Positions 12,976 through 26,590 of a stretch of DNA of 49,013 nucleotides are shown one piece after another (position 1 is the first letter of the stretch; every line of letters begins with the position of its first letter). Position numbers and translations under genes: made by a program. This DNA is from Phoronis australis. Its lineage: Eukaryota > Animalia > Phoronida. The notes beneath the pieces are model-generated. The model ran no database searches. It saw nothing but the letters and a program-made list of their open reading frames with translations, and was not told the origin of the DNA. The stretch is from positions 1-49,013 of the forward strand of contig NMRA01000318.1 of assembly GCA_002633005.1 (NCBI GenBank). Reading direction: 5' to 3'.

Positions 12976-13223
12976 GGTTCTCCATCAAAAAGAACAGTGT
13001 GAGCTGTAGGTAAATCTTTAGCCTGTTCGCCACCACAATGGGTCGAATCTGGTGGTTCATTTTGCCTCTAAAGTTTGCCTGTGTTGTCCCCTTTTCAATA
13101 GCTTTATTGCGAACCCTTTATTGATCTAAACGCATTGAAAAAATACTGAGTTCGGCTTTGGATATAAACACATGACTTGAGCAGACTATTTCAAAAGCCA
13201 TCAGATACATGTATTAAGGAGAA
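12976..13223 (-). pseudogene. Decayed exon, divergent CUB-like module
   Basis: Acceptor aattacag| and donor |gtgagt. Fragments KSCVYIQSRTQYFFNAF and PIVVANRLKIYLQL resemble CUB C-x-W-x-I and S-x2-N-x-L-x-I-x-F. Several stops. Confidence 0.4.
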
Positions 13224-13313
13224 CTGTAATTTAATGTACCCTTTAGTGTTCTTCACTCTGACACGGTTTTTGCAAAATAGTACTTCTAAGAAACTTACAA
13301 GTGCCACCATGCA

Positions 13314-16300
13314 TAGACCGGTATCCCAGATCTTTTTGGGCATGAAAAGGTAACCAATATTCTTTGGTGCCACAGAGCTCTGTGAGTATGCTTGGAAATG
13401 GCCGTCTCACTGGTTCCCTTTGGTGGGTGTGGTCACGGGAGCCAAGAGAATGACAATCAAAAATTGAGCTAGTTCAAGTTTTATGGTAAACACTTCGAAC
13501 GCCCTTGGATACCCCCTACGCAATTCACTGTATCAAAATTGGTCACTGCCAGACAATTTCAGTGGTGGGGAGTATCAGCCAGACCGTTATAAGCAAGGAA
13601 AAAATTGAGTTATATCAATCCAAGAGCAACCGCTTGAAACCAGTTGCAAGATATTAACCGTGAGCCCAGGTATCACGAATGAACAGTGCCAGACAAATCT
13701 AGTGGTGGGTTAGCCCCGCCAGACACGCCCGAATACCCGAGTTGAGCTATATCAATTCATCAGGTAACCGTTTGATACCAATTGCACGATGTTCAGCATC
13801 ACTGTACATGTCACAACTGTTAGATGCCAGACAATTTCTGTGGTGGGGTGCCACTGCCAGGCGATTATCAAAAAGTGTTAAACATTGAGTTAAATCAATC
13901 CAAGAGGTAACCGTTTAAAACAGTTCCAAAATATTCTCCGTAAGCCCAGGTATCACGAAAAAAACACTGCCAGACAAATCTAGTGGTGGTTTAGCCCCGC
14001 CAGACACGCCCAATTACCCGAATTGAGCTAAATCATCCCACACGGTAACCGTTTGAAACCAGGCGTCCGATGTTCAGCATCACTGCTCGTGGCACAACAG
14101 TGAGACGCCCCAATCAGACAAATGAAGACTCGAAACAAAATTGATCATAAGCCCATTCACAATGAATAAGCATCACATTGAGGAACCAAACACTTCGATT
14201 TTTAGTAAAGCCACTGAGTACCTACGACATGGGTTACCACACAAGGTGAAAGATGTTTGTCCGCAAGTTTACGTCAGTGCATGAAAACCAGAAACATTGC
14301 GCCTGATGTTGCAGCGACATCACAAGTCCATGCGAAAACAGTGGAGTACTCCACATTATTCACTATTAAAAACAAAACCTAAAAACCTGTCCGAGACGTA
14401 TATAAAATTGTGTTTGCACGGATTTTGAATTTTCGTTGTCATATTTTACCGGACTAAGCTGCTTCCCTCTGTTTTCTGATGAGTCATTTGATACAACTGC
14501 TAAAACGAATATTTATCGAAATGCCGTCTTTTGCTGTCGTCTGCGTTATGTATGCGCGCCAACTACCTTCATGTCACACAGTGATTAATGGCAAATTTGG
14601 CAAAACTGATCAGTTTTGGGCAATCTCCGTCTTTATCATAAACCAAGCCCACAGAAAACTTCAGACATGCGCCAATAGCATCGACGTCAGTGGCTATATC
14701 AACATTTTCTCGACTGTGTTAGATGTATTATTTGTCCTTAACCGCCCAAACTACGCCAGATGGGGAATGTTCTTTTAACAAAAGTTGAAATTCGCAGACC
14801 CAATATTACGTGAAACGTTGGAAAACGGTGCATTCTCACTGCTACGTACGAGGAAGAACTTCAGTAGATCGGCTGATGACCTCTCTTTGAACATTCCGTA
14901 TTTTTATGTTTGATATGGTGTTCTCCAAAAAGGCTGACAACACATCTGCGGCACCTGATATGCAGTACGTACGGTCGTGTTAGATTTTGTGGAAAGCATC
15001 AAAGCTGTAACGTAGCTGTAGCATTCCATTCATGTTGCTAACATGTTATTCACAATCCTTGGGTATAATGAGTCCAAATATTTTTTTTTCTGTTTAGTTA
15101 GATTGACTATCATTTCATTTGCACGACACAGACATGAGGGCAATGGAAAAGTCCGCTTTTTGTCTGCATAGTTATCATAAAACACGTTCAAATTAATTAT
15201 TCCCAGATTTTCTTGATCTTGCTCAGTCACCGTGGCGACGGCCCAGGGCATCCACATTGGGGAAGGGGTAGCAGTTCAATTGAATATCAAGATTCGTGTT
15301 TATGCCCCAGCATATTCGTTAGACGTGCGATATCAATGGACAACAACAACAATTTTTGCAGCTACTGATGCTACTAACTACAATAATAACTATGTAACAT
15401 TTTTAATTTGCCTCTGATTGAAAGGCTTCACGTTTTCTCTCGTCCTACTTGGCAAACTTCGCCCGAATGCCACCGTTTGTGTAGATGACGGGATCGTGCA
15501 TATGATAAGAGGAGGCACTATGTTATTCATAAGCCACGCGCCTGGTGGCTACACCAAAGGGTACCAAGTGAGTCCAGATGTGAAAGTCTATACCTAAGCA
15601 CAAGCCTGTAGGCCCACGACCTTAGTAAGCTACATGTTTTGCATATAGCAGTGGCAGAGCTCACAAAATATAGTGGAGTGAAAATGCCTTAAACTCGGCC
15701 AAGAATTAAAACAGCAGAAAACTGATATTTGTTATTCTGCTATTTTGGTTTAAATTGCAATCACAATACGGTAGAGGTGTAGGCATTTTACAAATTGGGA
15801 ATTGAAAGTAATCGTAAAAATCCAAATATGTCGTTCATCCAGTGTCCACTTTGATTGTGGCTTGGTGGAGTGACAGGCATGCCGGTACGCGTTTGAACGT
15901 TTCTGTTCTTTTAAATTCAGTACAAGCTGACGGTAAGTTCATTATAGGCAGTCTTCGGTTGTGCTAAGAAACCAGGCATTCAACTACCGCGTTTTCTTGC
16001 ACTGAGAATACACCGTTGAACATTTTCACGTTATGGTGGAAAAGTAGGCGTACACCTCAACTTTGGTAAATGATAATCTTCTCTAGACAATCGATGTCAA
16101 TTGTGCACAACCCTGCAGACTTCATACGAGCTACGAACTTGATGGAAAAGATTCCCAAGTTTCCATTTCACTGTGAAGAAAGTTCAATACTCCGAAAGTC
16201 AAGTACTCCGAATTCTCATTACTCCAAAGGTTCTAAAATTCAGTACTTTGAATTCAATTATTCCAAAACCATGTCCCGGTCTCTAATCATTGAGCTCGAA

Positions 16301-16995
16301 ACGAACTCGAAACTATTTTTGGCAATTTCTCTGATTCTTTTGTGCTAACTCCAGAAAAGTCGTTGTTAGACTGTGCTCCAATAACTATAATTGATGCACA
16401 TGACATTCTAGTCCATATTTGCTCTTAAAAAACCCTGATATTCCTGCTACAAACTCGAGTGAAAACTCGACATTTCGAGTTCAAACTCGAACTTTTACCT
16501 TTAATGATGGATTTGTCAACTGCAAACTAGGACTAATAAATAATCCACGTAAGGCTCAACTCGGGTATTTTGGCGTGTCTGGCGGGGCTAACCCACCACT
16601 AGACTTGTCTGGCAGTGTTCATTCGTCATACCTGGGCTCACGGTGAATATTTTGCAGCTGGGTTCACGCGGTTACCTCTTGGATTGATCTAGCTCAATTG
16701 TTTTACCTTGATTATAACCGTCTGGCTCATACTCCCCACCACTGAAATTGCCTGGCAGTGACCAATTTTGATACAGTGGATTACGCAGTAGGTATTCAAG
16801 GCAGTTTGAAGTGGTTACCAGAAAAGTTTATCAAGCTCAATTTTTTACTGTCTTTTTCTTGGCTCCCCTGACCACTCCCACCAAGGCGAACCTGCCAGGT
16901 GGCCATTTCCAAGCATTAGAATACCCACAGAAAACTGTGGCACCAAGGAATATTGGTTGCCTTTCATGCCAAGAAGGTTCTGGGATCCCAGTCTA
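13314..16995. mobile_element. Non-autonomous Academ-like DNA transposon, about 3.68 kb
   Basis: About 440-bp terminal inverted repeats (13314-13747 vs 16554-16995, roughly 80% identical by eye). Termini TAGAC...GTCTA, flanked by GCA on both sides (13311-13313, 16996-16998). TAG..CTA ends with a 3-bp TSD fit Academ. Confidence 0.8.
13547..14105. repeat. About 140-bp tandem subterminal repeats in A-B-A-B (about 280-bp) order
   Basis: tgccagacaa.t...gtggtgg recurs at 13547, 13687, 13825 and 13968. Units 1/3 and 2/4 are more similar to each other. Confidence 0.85.
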
Positions 16996-17248
16996 GCACC
17001 AATCAGAGAAATGATCACAGCGATTCCAGCCCAATTTTAAATTGAGTTCTGTTTGTTTTCTCTTGGGTTAACCAAGTCACTACAAATGAATGGAGATTAG
17101 CTGCGTCGCAAATCTTTTTAAAAATGAAAAGTAATTGCTAACGACTTTGTAACAACTCTTTTTCAGAAATTTATTCAAGTTGCCTGCATTGATACGTCCT
17201 AAGCGTTCTTAGGATAAAGGTAGCGTAGTCACTGACAATTGATATTAC

Positions 17249-17844
17249 ATTATGCTTTTGTTGATAACTTCTCCAGATTGAGAGTCAAGAACAAGCAGCC
17301 CATCTTGGGGGCCTTGCCAACACCATCTGAAACCACCCGTCAGAAAGAAATGTTCCAGACTAGACGCCAACAATTTTAGAATTTCAACCCCACTTTTCAG
17401 TGATCCAGGCCCATAGCCAGGAGGGGGGTTCGAGGGTTTGATCGAACCCACCTCCGAGGAAAAGGTCCAGCCCTAGCCTATCCAAAGTGATTGAATTGCC
17501 TTTTGTTCACAAATTACTAATTGACAGATTACTAAATTAACGAATTTGATTTTGTTGACATTTCGAGTGGAAAGTCGTATAATTATTGTCGTCGTTGTTG
17601 TAATCAGTCCAAAACTTACGAGACGTGAGGAAAGTCCCGGAGAGCGACATTTCCCAGAAAGATGTGTGTGCATCATGCATTTATGTATTTTACTAGAAGT
17701 TGAAATGCTGTCCCCTACATCTAAGGGACAAGTGATCAAGAGACTAGAATTTTTTTAAGCACTAATGAAAGATAATCCCACTTGACTCTAGAAGATACTC
17801 ACCCACAATCAACTCAATGTCCTTTGGGTCCTATCGTGACGCCT
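17249..17844 (-). pseudogene. Three decayed exons (17803-17844, 17620-17743, 17249-17326) forming one CUB-like domain
   Basis: All three have ag/gt sites. Exons 1-2 splice in phase 2 to give DCG|LLITCPLDVG...HKCMMH. Exon 3 reads WCWQGPQDGLLVLDSQSGEV (CUB C-x-D-x-L-x-V-x-D). One stop in exon 1 and a phase mismatch at the 2/3 junction. Confidence 0.5.
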
Positions 17845-17886
17845 CTAGGACAAAATAATGAGACTACAATACGGCACAGGATTTGA

Positions 17887-18905
17887 TAGCCTTGGCTCAA
17901 AGCTGCATACTAAATATAGAGATTTGCGTTGATGTGGGTAAAAAGTGACAGCCTCAATTATATTGTCTATTAAAAGCTATGATCTTATTTGATTAAACAA
18001 AATCATTTACCAGTACTGAAAAATGTGTTCTATCGTTATTTTGGTGCTAACGTTGTGGACCTATCCTTTGCATCAGCTTTCGGCGCTATGAAATATTAAG
18101 TAACCTATATGAATTGGCCAGTTTCTTTTTTCCCGATTCTTCAATGAGTTTTTGTCTTCCACGACGTTTCATATTTGTCAAAATTAATTATTGTAACTGG
18201 TGTTATTTCGTTATAAGTTTATAGCATTTTAACACCAGCAATCGAGATTTCAGAACAAAAGAAATCTTGCCGCTTCGAAGCTGCCATTATCTTACGAGGA
18301 ATGTTGCAAAAATGGGAAATAACACTTTGTGTGTGGCGAGCGTAACCTTTTCAAAACGACCAGTCGCTAACCAATGTTACCAAAGGTGAGAAATACGCAC
18401 GAAAATGACTAAGATTATATATAGGCGGATTTCATGTAATGGGAAAGGTGATTTTCGGTTAACTCCTAATCTTGGTACAAAGCTGTATACTAAATATACA
18501 CCTGTGGACCGATTGTGGGTAAAAAAGTGGTAAGGTAAATTTGTCACCAAATTGGCGTTATTAAAAACTTCAGTCCTCCTTGAGTAAACTAAAATATTTA
18601 ACTGTGTTGGAAAAATGGCGTTCTACCGCTACTCTGATGCTAAAGTTGTGAAGCGGTCTTAAACGACGGCATTTGGAGCCATGGAATATTGCTTCACCTA
18701 TTGGCCAGTTTCTTTTTTCGACTATTCTTCAATCAATTGTTCTTCTTTCACGAAGTTGCGTACACGTCACAACAAATTAACGCAACTGGGTTCACTTCAT
18801 CATAAGTTTTTAGAGTTTTGATACAGAAAAACCGAATTTCAAGAGAAATTTTCCTGCTGCTAAGCTATCAACATTTCCGAGAGATATCGCAAAAACATAG
18901 GAAAT
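17887..18905 (+). repeat. Diverged tandem duplication (period about 580 bp) beginning with a TAGCC-type transposon terminus
   Basis: tagccttggctcaaagctgcatactaa (17887) vs taatcttggtacaaagctgtatactaa (18467), with shared ttggccagtttctttttt.c blocks. A third terminus tagccttggcgcaaagctgtatactaa lies at 29833. Confidence 0.75.
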
Positions 18906-19872
18906 GCGCGTGCGCCTGACACAAGCTTACTAATTTCAAACCTACGACATACTTTTCATTGTGAAAAAAGCGGAGAGTTACGCAAGAATATGACGTTTGT
19001 TGCAATATTTTTTTCACTTATACGGCTATAAAAAGCAAGGTGTCAGTCGATTCTCAGATTTTGAATACACCCCGTTCGGTCTTTAGCTTTACATGTTGAT
19101 ACAAATTTCACCACGAGATGGCGAGCAGAAATAATCTGACTGTGTGCAAGTTCGGGATTTACGGATGAAATACACACAGTGGTACCTAGCTGTTTTTGAC
19201 AAGGGTCTTCATAAAGCTACCTGGCTGGCTAGTTGAATCCCAGACTTTGGAATCACCCCTCTTTAACTCTACGTTTTCAGACTAGTTTCACGGCCAGGTG
19301 ACGAGCAGTTCTCCCGGCGCAGTGCGCAATTTTCCGTTCTTCCGGGGCTGAATAGAGTGGTATATTTTGACGATAGTCGTCATACAGCTAGCTGGCTGGT
19401 TAATTATCGAATATGATCATTTAATTTTGGAAGAAGTCGAAAGAGGAGAGACAAAACCGCCAAGACCGTTTGCGGTTTCCTAAAGCTGCCAAAGGAATTT
19501 AATTCGGTTAGTACAGGCAATGACACTCGGCAAGTCATTTCCTTTCAATCCTTTGAGGCATGTAAATTTTTACAAATCGTTTTCATTAATTATATGGATA
19601 TCAAAACCTGAGTTGCGTTACCGACTATTTAAACGCGTGATTGCAAAAAATGATATCATCGTGGTTCTACACTCTTCAAAATCTTCCATACTTGATAAAA
19701 AATACTTACAAGATTTTTTAAAAATTCTTCCCAATGTGAAAGTTACTGGCGTTTCGCGTGACTCGATTCTTTGTCGCGTAAGCAAGACCATGTCACACGG
19801 TCACTCCATTTAAAAGTAAACAAAATCACAAGAAAAATACAACAAGGACAAAATGAAACGAGAGAAGTAAAC

Positions 19873-20684
19873 TACCCTCAAGTGACCTAATTATCGGACG
19901 TTTTGGCTCATTTTGCATTTATATTTAATTGAAGATACTACGGATTGTTGTTAAATCTTTGATGAAATAAAGACTTACATTTATGAAATTGTTCTGTTAC
20001 TATATCACCGAAAGCCACATTTATGTTCTGACTGATCTTTAAAAAACGCAACTAGCAAACCTCCACAGAACCTAAATGTCGGACACCATATTCCCCCATA
20101 CGCCACAACGCGGAAAATTTATGGCCGCGGGCACCTTGTAGCCAAACTTCAGCTCAGGGGTTTTGACATAAATGCTGCTAGAACACAGCTCCATTCGCAA
20201 CAAAATTGTCAATGAAATGAAATCTGATGACGGCGCCAAGTCGTTTGGATGAATCAGTGCAGACGACTAAAGCACGTGCAAACTCACTGCAGTTTTTAGT
20301 ATTTCTTTGCCTTCTTTATATGACACCCGCACATGTGCGGTCGGGGTTTGACTTGAGTTTAAAAACAAATGAAATAATGAAACTGGCATATGTTCAGTTC
20401 AATGAGATGATTTCATTGCGGAAATGATTTTGTTTTCAACTTTTATAACCGATTGATGCAATCGTCCATTTTAGGCCGACTTGGGATGTACATGTAAATT
20501 GCACCCTCTCTAGGTGAAATCAAAACGAGGCAACGCTGTAAAAAACGAGACTGTGCTGGACATTAAATGCATTGCAGCGGAAAAAAGAATCGGTGTCGTT
20601 TAATTTTCAGATTATTCTTCAAGTAAGATTTTATGTAAAGTCCGATATTTAGGGTCCATCCGATAATTAGGTATACTACGTGTA
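19873..20684. mobile_element. TA-terminated MITE (Tc1/mariner-like)
   Basis: Inverted ends share acctaattatcgga (19885-19898 / 20659-20672), with internal related motifs at 20071 and 20640. TA at both ends. Confidence 0.6.
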
Positions 20685-21225
20685 TACAGAAATTAATGAG
20701 TTGTACCCAGTGTGTTCTTCAAATTTAAACCAAATAGAACGAGACAGCAATGCCATGAAGTTCTCTTGGCTTGGGATGTAAATAATGTACAACCCGGAAA
20801 TCTCCATGCCTTTTTGAGTCATCTCATGATTTACGGACGTCCTGAATATTCTGGCTTCGTTGAAAACGGTTTTTGGTATAATTTTGAGTCAGCCTTTTGG
20901 CTAGTTCCAACTTGCAACAATGTTATGTACACTGCAATACCAGCTGTGAGACACTTCCAACTCATGGATTAGGCAGCGAAATACCGGATAGTAGATCAAG
21001 GTTTTTCTCAGTTGGAAGACAGCAAAACACTTTAGGTTTTAATCGATTGAATTTTGTCATAATTATGCGGTTTAGTCAAAGTAGCTTCATTTTTAAAGTG
21101 GAACCAGTGAAGGAAAAAGACGCCAACGTGCAACGATATCATATCACTGTGGCCATTCATAAGTTTCTTCAAACCCATTGAAACACCAGGCATCTATAAT
21201 GAGGGTTCTCTACTGATTCACTCAC

Positions 21226-21776
21226 CGTAGGCGCTTTGTGATTGATATGAATTGCAACATGATTATGACCGGCTACACTATTCCATAGTTCTTCAGAATG
21301 CTTCATAGTCTTTGTCAACCTCTCCGTAAGTCACACAGCTAACGGCAGTCACGCTTAGTGCTCCTCCTGTAGTTGATATTTCCCATTATCGGAAACAAAT
21401 TGAAAACTACGTAGTAGCGACAAGTTAAGAAATTTAATTTCTTTTACGCATGGTTTGTTTATCTGCAACTACTTGCTGTCAGTATGCGGCTTATCCAAGT
21501 TTTTGTACCGTGATAATTTACTGAACAAAAAATGTCATCCTACGGTCCACATACATTATTCGGAAAAGCAAATAAAGCTCACGCGAACACAATATTGTAA
21601 GCATATACACATTGGCTGCTGTTACGTTCATGATAAAATTATGATGCTCCATTTAAGTACTTAGCGCTACCCCGGTTTTGAGTAGTTTTGCAGTGAAAGT
21701 GTAAGGCCAAATACAGCTCGTAGCTCCCCGACTGCTTTAGCAGTCATAATCTTCTAACAACATTAACAACATATAT
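21226..21776 (-). pseudogene. Two decayed exons (about 21660-21776 and 21226-21366), halves of a CUB-like domain
   Basis: tctttcag|DICC*...ATSCIWPYTFTA (CUB C-x-W) and ctacag|...WNSVAGHNHVAIHI...|gtgagt (CUB S-x2-N-x-V-x-I). Stops and frameshifts present. Confidence 0.45.
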
Positions 21777-22759
21777 CTGAAAGATATAGATAACAGATCG
21801 TCGCTGTACACACATACCTCCCAGCAACCTGATTGGTTAGAATGTTTAGCTTAATAATTATAGACATGTCGGGATTAAATTTAAGAATTGAAAATGTGTC
21901 TTGCTAAAAGCTGCTTGGACTTAGACTTCTACACGTCTAAATCCATGAAAACTGCCAAGCAGCTTACCAAACAAGTATTAGAGATATTTCTTCAACATGA
22001 ATGCACCTCGGAGATGATGTGCAGTTTATATTTTGGCAACAGCTGTCAATGTTGTTCCATATTAAACAATAAGCTGCATGTTGAAAAGCATCAAACAGTA
22101 ATTAGTTATTTATACATGTATTACGTTTGTGTAAACCCTATTTCAATCATATCAGTGTTATATTTTAACTCTACCTAGTCAGTGCTTTGGGGGATGTCCA
22201 GTTGAGCAAAGAACAGGTGTAAAGTAACCAATTTCATGTTAACATTTTTAGGGGTTACCTACAGTTACCTACTTTTAATTTCCAGAAATGGTTTATTTTC
22301 ATGCCCAGAATGCCAGATTCCAGGTTTGGTTGTTCAAAAACCAAACTGTAATAAAACAATGATTATATCAACCAGGTCGACAAACCCTTTGTTAGGCCAA
22401 TGTTCACTTATGTAGGCCACCTGGGATATTATGGGACTAAGAACAGGCTTCACAAAGAACTACAGTCACTAAACATGCATGTCGATTTCAAAAAGCCTAC
22501 TTAACTCTTTGTGCGCATATGAAACCCACGGTTTACAACCATCACCAATCGCGTTTACAGCATAATTGTAAGCCTGTATTTTGTTTAGTTACCCTCTTCT
22601 AAGTCCAATATGTGCCCAGATGCCATTTGTAATATTCCACCCGTCGATTCAATGTCAACGTTCCAGATTCATATATGCAGTTTGAAATTTTCAGGATAGT
22701 GGCACCGGAATGATTTGTAATCTGAGTGTCTTCTTACAAATGTCACTATTGTCATCTTG

Positions 22760-24390
22760 AAGGGATTCAAAGCTGTTCTTCAGCCATATCTTCTTTGTCA
22801 CGGTCATCTTCACAATATGCATCAAAGGCTTGTCTTTGCTCTTGTAAAGACTCTACTGGAATTAAAATTAGACATAAACCTGATTTCTGCCACACAACCC
22901 AACGTTTCATTACTGGAAAATTGTTCCTTGATAAAAATAGGTGCACATTTGGGCTTGAAATTCCCTAGCATGCTGTTACTCGTTGAGACTTATACTGCTT
23001 TTATCCGACCTATAATGTCCTACAGGTATGCTCTGTCGGTATGGGTAACGGCATTAAAACGGATTACAATTATCAACAAACTTCGGCAGCTGCAACGTCT
23101 AGCTTGTCTGTGCATAAACTCTACTTTTCCAGGAACGCCTTCTGCAGCCCTAGCAATGCTAATCGGTCTACCACCACTGAACATATACCTTGAGGGTTAA
23201 GCTGCATGTGCTGCACTTGGTCTCAGATACATGTATAATGGTCAGAGGGTGAAAACTAACATCCCTGACTCCGTTGCACACAGAAGACACAGGAATGCTT
23301 GCAATAAGCTAATGGCCAAGCCTGGGCAACTATGGAACATGCCTAGTGATGTCCAGGTCACAGCTTTAAATCACGCAAACAATTTCTTCACGGAAATTGG
23401 CGATGGATGGCCTACCACAGAACACAAGAATGAGGTGGTTTGTTATACGGACGGCTCTAAACTGGAAAATGGCCAGACAGGTGCTTGAATCTACTTTCCA
23501 AGCCTTCCTGTTGTAGATGCAGAAAACTGGGTATCGCTAGGCAATCTTGCCACGGTATTTCAGGCTGAGATCACTGTAATTAATAGAGCTGCTCAACTGG
23601 CACAACAATATAACACTGAACTTGGCAATTGGCCAGTTACCATCTTTTCAGAGTGCCAGGCAGCAATAAAAGCCCTAAAGAAACTAAGGGTCAACTCTCG
23701 TTGTGTTAATGCTTGTATTAATGAGCTTAACAAGCTTGCAATAGAAAGAACCGTCAAAATACGCTGGGTCAGGGCCCATGCGAGAATTGATGGCAATGAG
23801 AATGCAGACAGACTCGCAAATATGGGAGCAAGCGTTCTGCATTTTGTGCCTGAACCTGCTATCCCGGTATCTTACGGATGTTGCAGGATGAGTATACGCA
23901 ACTGGGTACATACCTAGTCAGCAGCCCAGTGGGCATCACTTAACTCCTGCAGAGAGTCCGAGGAGAATTTTCCCAACTTGATCGAACCAAAATGTTCAAA
24001 AAGCCATCTGAGTCTAGATAGATTGGGTATAAGACACGTCATTCAAATTTTGACGGGCCACTGCAACCTAGCCCGACACAGACACATTACTGGGCATATA
24101 GGGAGCCCTGTGTGTCCTGAGTGTGGTACTGAGGTAGAATCTCCTAAATACCTGGTCGAGTCTTGCCCAGCTTTTTACAGGCTAAGGAGCAACCTACTGG
24201 ATGGCACTGTTACATGCCTACAACATGTAGTGCGTGGCAACAAATGGAAATGTCTTTCCCTTTTCCTAAAGGAGACTGGCAGACTTGAAAACGTTCTTCA
24301 CGAGGAGCCATAATTCGGGTCTCGTGCATAAGCTCTGGTGTTTTGTGCAATGGGCCCAACCATGAGGCCTGCGCACGTCTGATGCACCGC
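22760..24390 (+). mobile_element. 5'-truncated, decayed non-LTR retrotransposon with RNase H (I-group, LOA-like)
   Basis: Post-RT motifs YTAFIRPIMSY, LQRLACLCI, LIGLPPL; RNase H motifs YTDGSK, TVFQAEI, QAAIKAL, WVRAHARIDGNENADRLA; C-terminal LTGHC...CPECG...CPAF zinc knuckle. Several stops and frameshifts. Confidence 0.9.
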
Positions 24391-25949
24391 AAATGACATC
24401 AGACCACCTGCACTGCTTTTTTTTACTCCTTGAGAAAGTCTGGCCATGACAATTTATCCACCTAACGTGGTCTAAACCATAATGAACTGCCATTTCTTTG
24501 CAAGACCAAAAAATAATTCTCAACTGAATAATGGGAAAACAGAAATCAATTCCATACTGGTAAGTGGTTAAAAACAAAAGTTAAGTTGCTTGAATAGAAC
24601 ATGGATTTACATCAACAGTAATTGTTCTGCGAAATATTCAACTACATCGTCTCTGACCATCATAGTATGAGCCATGTTTGAGTTTGATAAAACAGTTATG
24701 CGGTAGCTTTACATACATTTGACGGCTGCTGAGTACCACTTGAGGCATTTCCATTTTACCATGGATTGAATCTCAGGTTGTAGAGCGCTAGGATCCGCGT
24801 AAGCCGTTTTGCAATGGCTATTAAAACTTCTGATGCGAAGAAGATTGATGTCAATAATTAAAATGACAATAATTTGCAATAGTTTTTACATCATCTTCCT
24901 AAATCGGCAACTCTCACACTTGTCGATACTAGCATTCAGTCAGTGGTATGGGTACGGTTATCTTAACCAATTTAAGTCAACCTATAGACTGCTCACTCGC
25001 CACGTTGCAACACCGATGATACTTATACCCAATGGTGGTTTCCTCCGGCTGTATATTTGCTTTTAGTGTTTCAGTGCCCAATTATATTGTCGATTTTCAC
25101 AATTTTTTACACGTTCAGATTACACAGGCACTTCATTGAGAAATACAAGAAGTACGCAGTAAAATATAACAAAGATCCATACTACACACTCACAGACGTG
25201 CGTAATAACCAAACTTGACAAAGCACTCTAGGGGCCAAATCAATCCATCGCCTTGAACTTCAGGTCAATGTTACAGCATTGGTAACAATCGTAACTGACC
25301 TATTAACAGAAACTGTCACTGCTTTAGCGAAAACTTGACACTATTTTTCAAGTTACTTTTGCACAGTAGCTTGACGTGTATATAGACTGTGCACAATACA
25401 ACAGTACACGACAACATTTTCCATCTGATCAGTTAACCGTACTGCATACGTGTAAAAGTCTGACATTTTACTGTTATTACTAAAATAACAATACTTGACT
25501 TCTGTTTCCCTACATGCGAGTCCCAAAACAAATTATGCAGTACGTGTTTTTTAATCGAAGTGCTCGTGTAACTTGGCTCATAATTAGTCCATCAACCCGC
25601 AATATCTGCTTTTGTTGATCCACGTGGTGGTGGGAAATGACCACGTGCGTCTTATTTTTTCACAGCGTATAAAGGTCGGTGAAATGCCGTTTGTTGAGCA
25701 TGCGATTACTCCACGCCCTCATTAAAGTAACCTATTTTTACGTACGCTGACGTCAGATGGTGATGTTGCAGCGGTTTTAATCACGTTCACAATGTCTAAA
25801 TGTTGACTGTCGTTGGACTTTTTTGGTGTGTGACTGTCTGATGCTAGATAGTTTTGGCATTAGCGAGGCTTAGGATCAGTGAGGAGAAAAACAGGAAGAT
25901 CACATGTTGGGCAGGCTACAGCACGCTGTTCTCTATAAACTCTCACTGG

Positions 25950-26590
25950 TCTTGGTGCCTAACCGCTACATCTAGAGGTTTCTAATGAGTGGTTCACTCT
26001 CTTAACAGTTACATATGCACAAGAGCCACTTGATGAGGCTGGTTTTTCGCAAAATTCATCCAACTGTCTTTTCATCTCAAATGGCTCTATATGAGAGGGT
26101 TGTGCATAGGCTGGATACCAGGCTTGAGCGGAAGCAACCAGTGTTCCCACGACTTGGGGAACATTGTGCTGTAATCGCAGCACTTAGAGCTCTTTGGACA
26201 TCCATATTGAACTCCGACCTTTATGAAGCCTGTGTAGAAGCCGACGTCTTTGGCAAAGCAACAGGTAGACAGAGAGTAAAGTGCACTAACTACAAGTGCA
26301 CTCTCCAAACCAACATTAACCAATTTTGCTACAACACTGCTTGGGATAGTCCTAGAGGATTTCATTAAAGAGAACTCACTGTGAGAAGTCCTCTGACGTG
26401 ACGCTGTAAATTGAGCAGTAACAGTCTGTTTTCGAATATGATCATAAAGGCTGAGGACACAAAGCAAGTTCACCACAATTTCCTTTAATTGGCGGAAATT
26501 GCCTAAACACTGGGCAGAATCAGAGAATGTAAGACCAACAAATAAGACAATGTCAGGTAGCACTTTATTATGAACTATCAATGCCTACAC
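25950..26590 (+). mobile_element. Academ transposase relic
   Basis: EWFTLLTV / PTVFSSQMALYE...FPRLGEHCAVIAALRALWTSILNS..YEACVEADVFG.AT.RQ..KCTNYK matches the Academ core D-(M/L)ALY...RLG-x-H...G-x2-I-x2-SG...Y-x-R with degenerate catalytic positions. Confidence 0.75.

Noticed and set aside
13547-14105. Regularly spaced conserved motifs resembling a CRISPR array
   Set aside because: The intervening sequences are themselves homologous (whole 140-bp units repeat), the context is eukaryotic, and there are no cas genes.
13191-16996. Similar ORF peptides APKNIGYL / APRNIGCL on opposite strands
   Set aside because: A by-product of the terminal inverted repeats, not coding.
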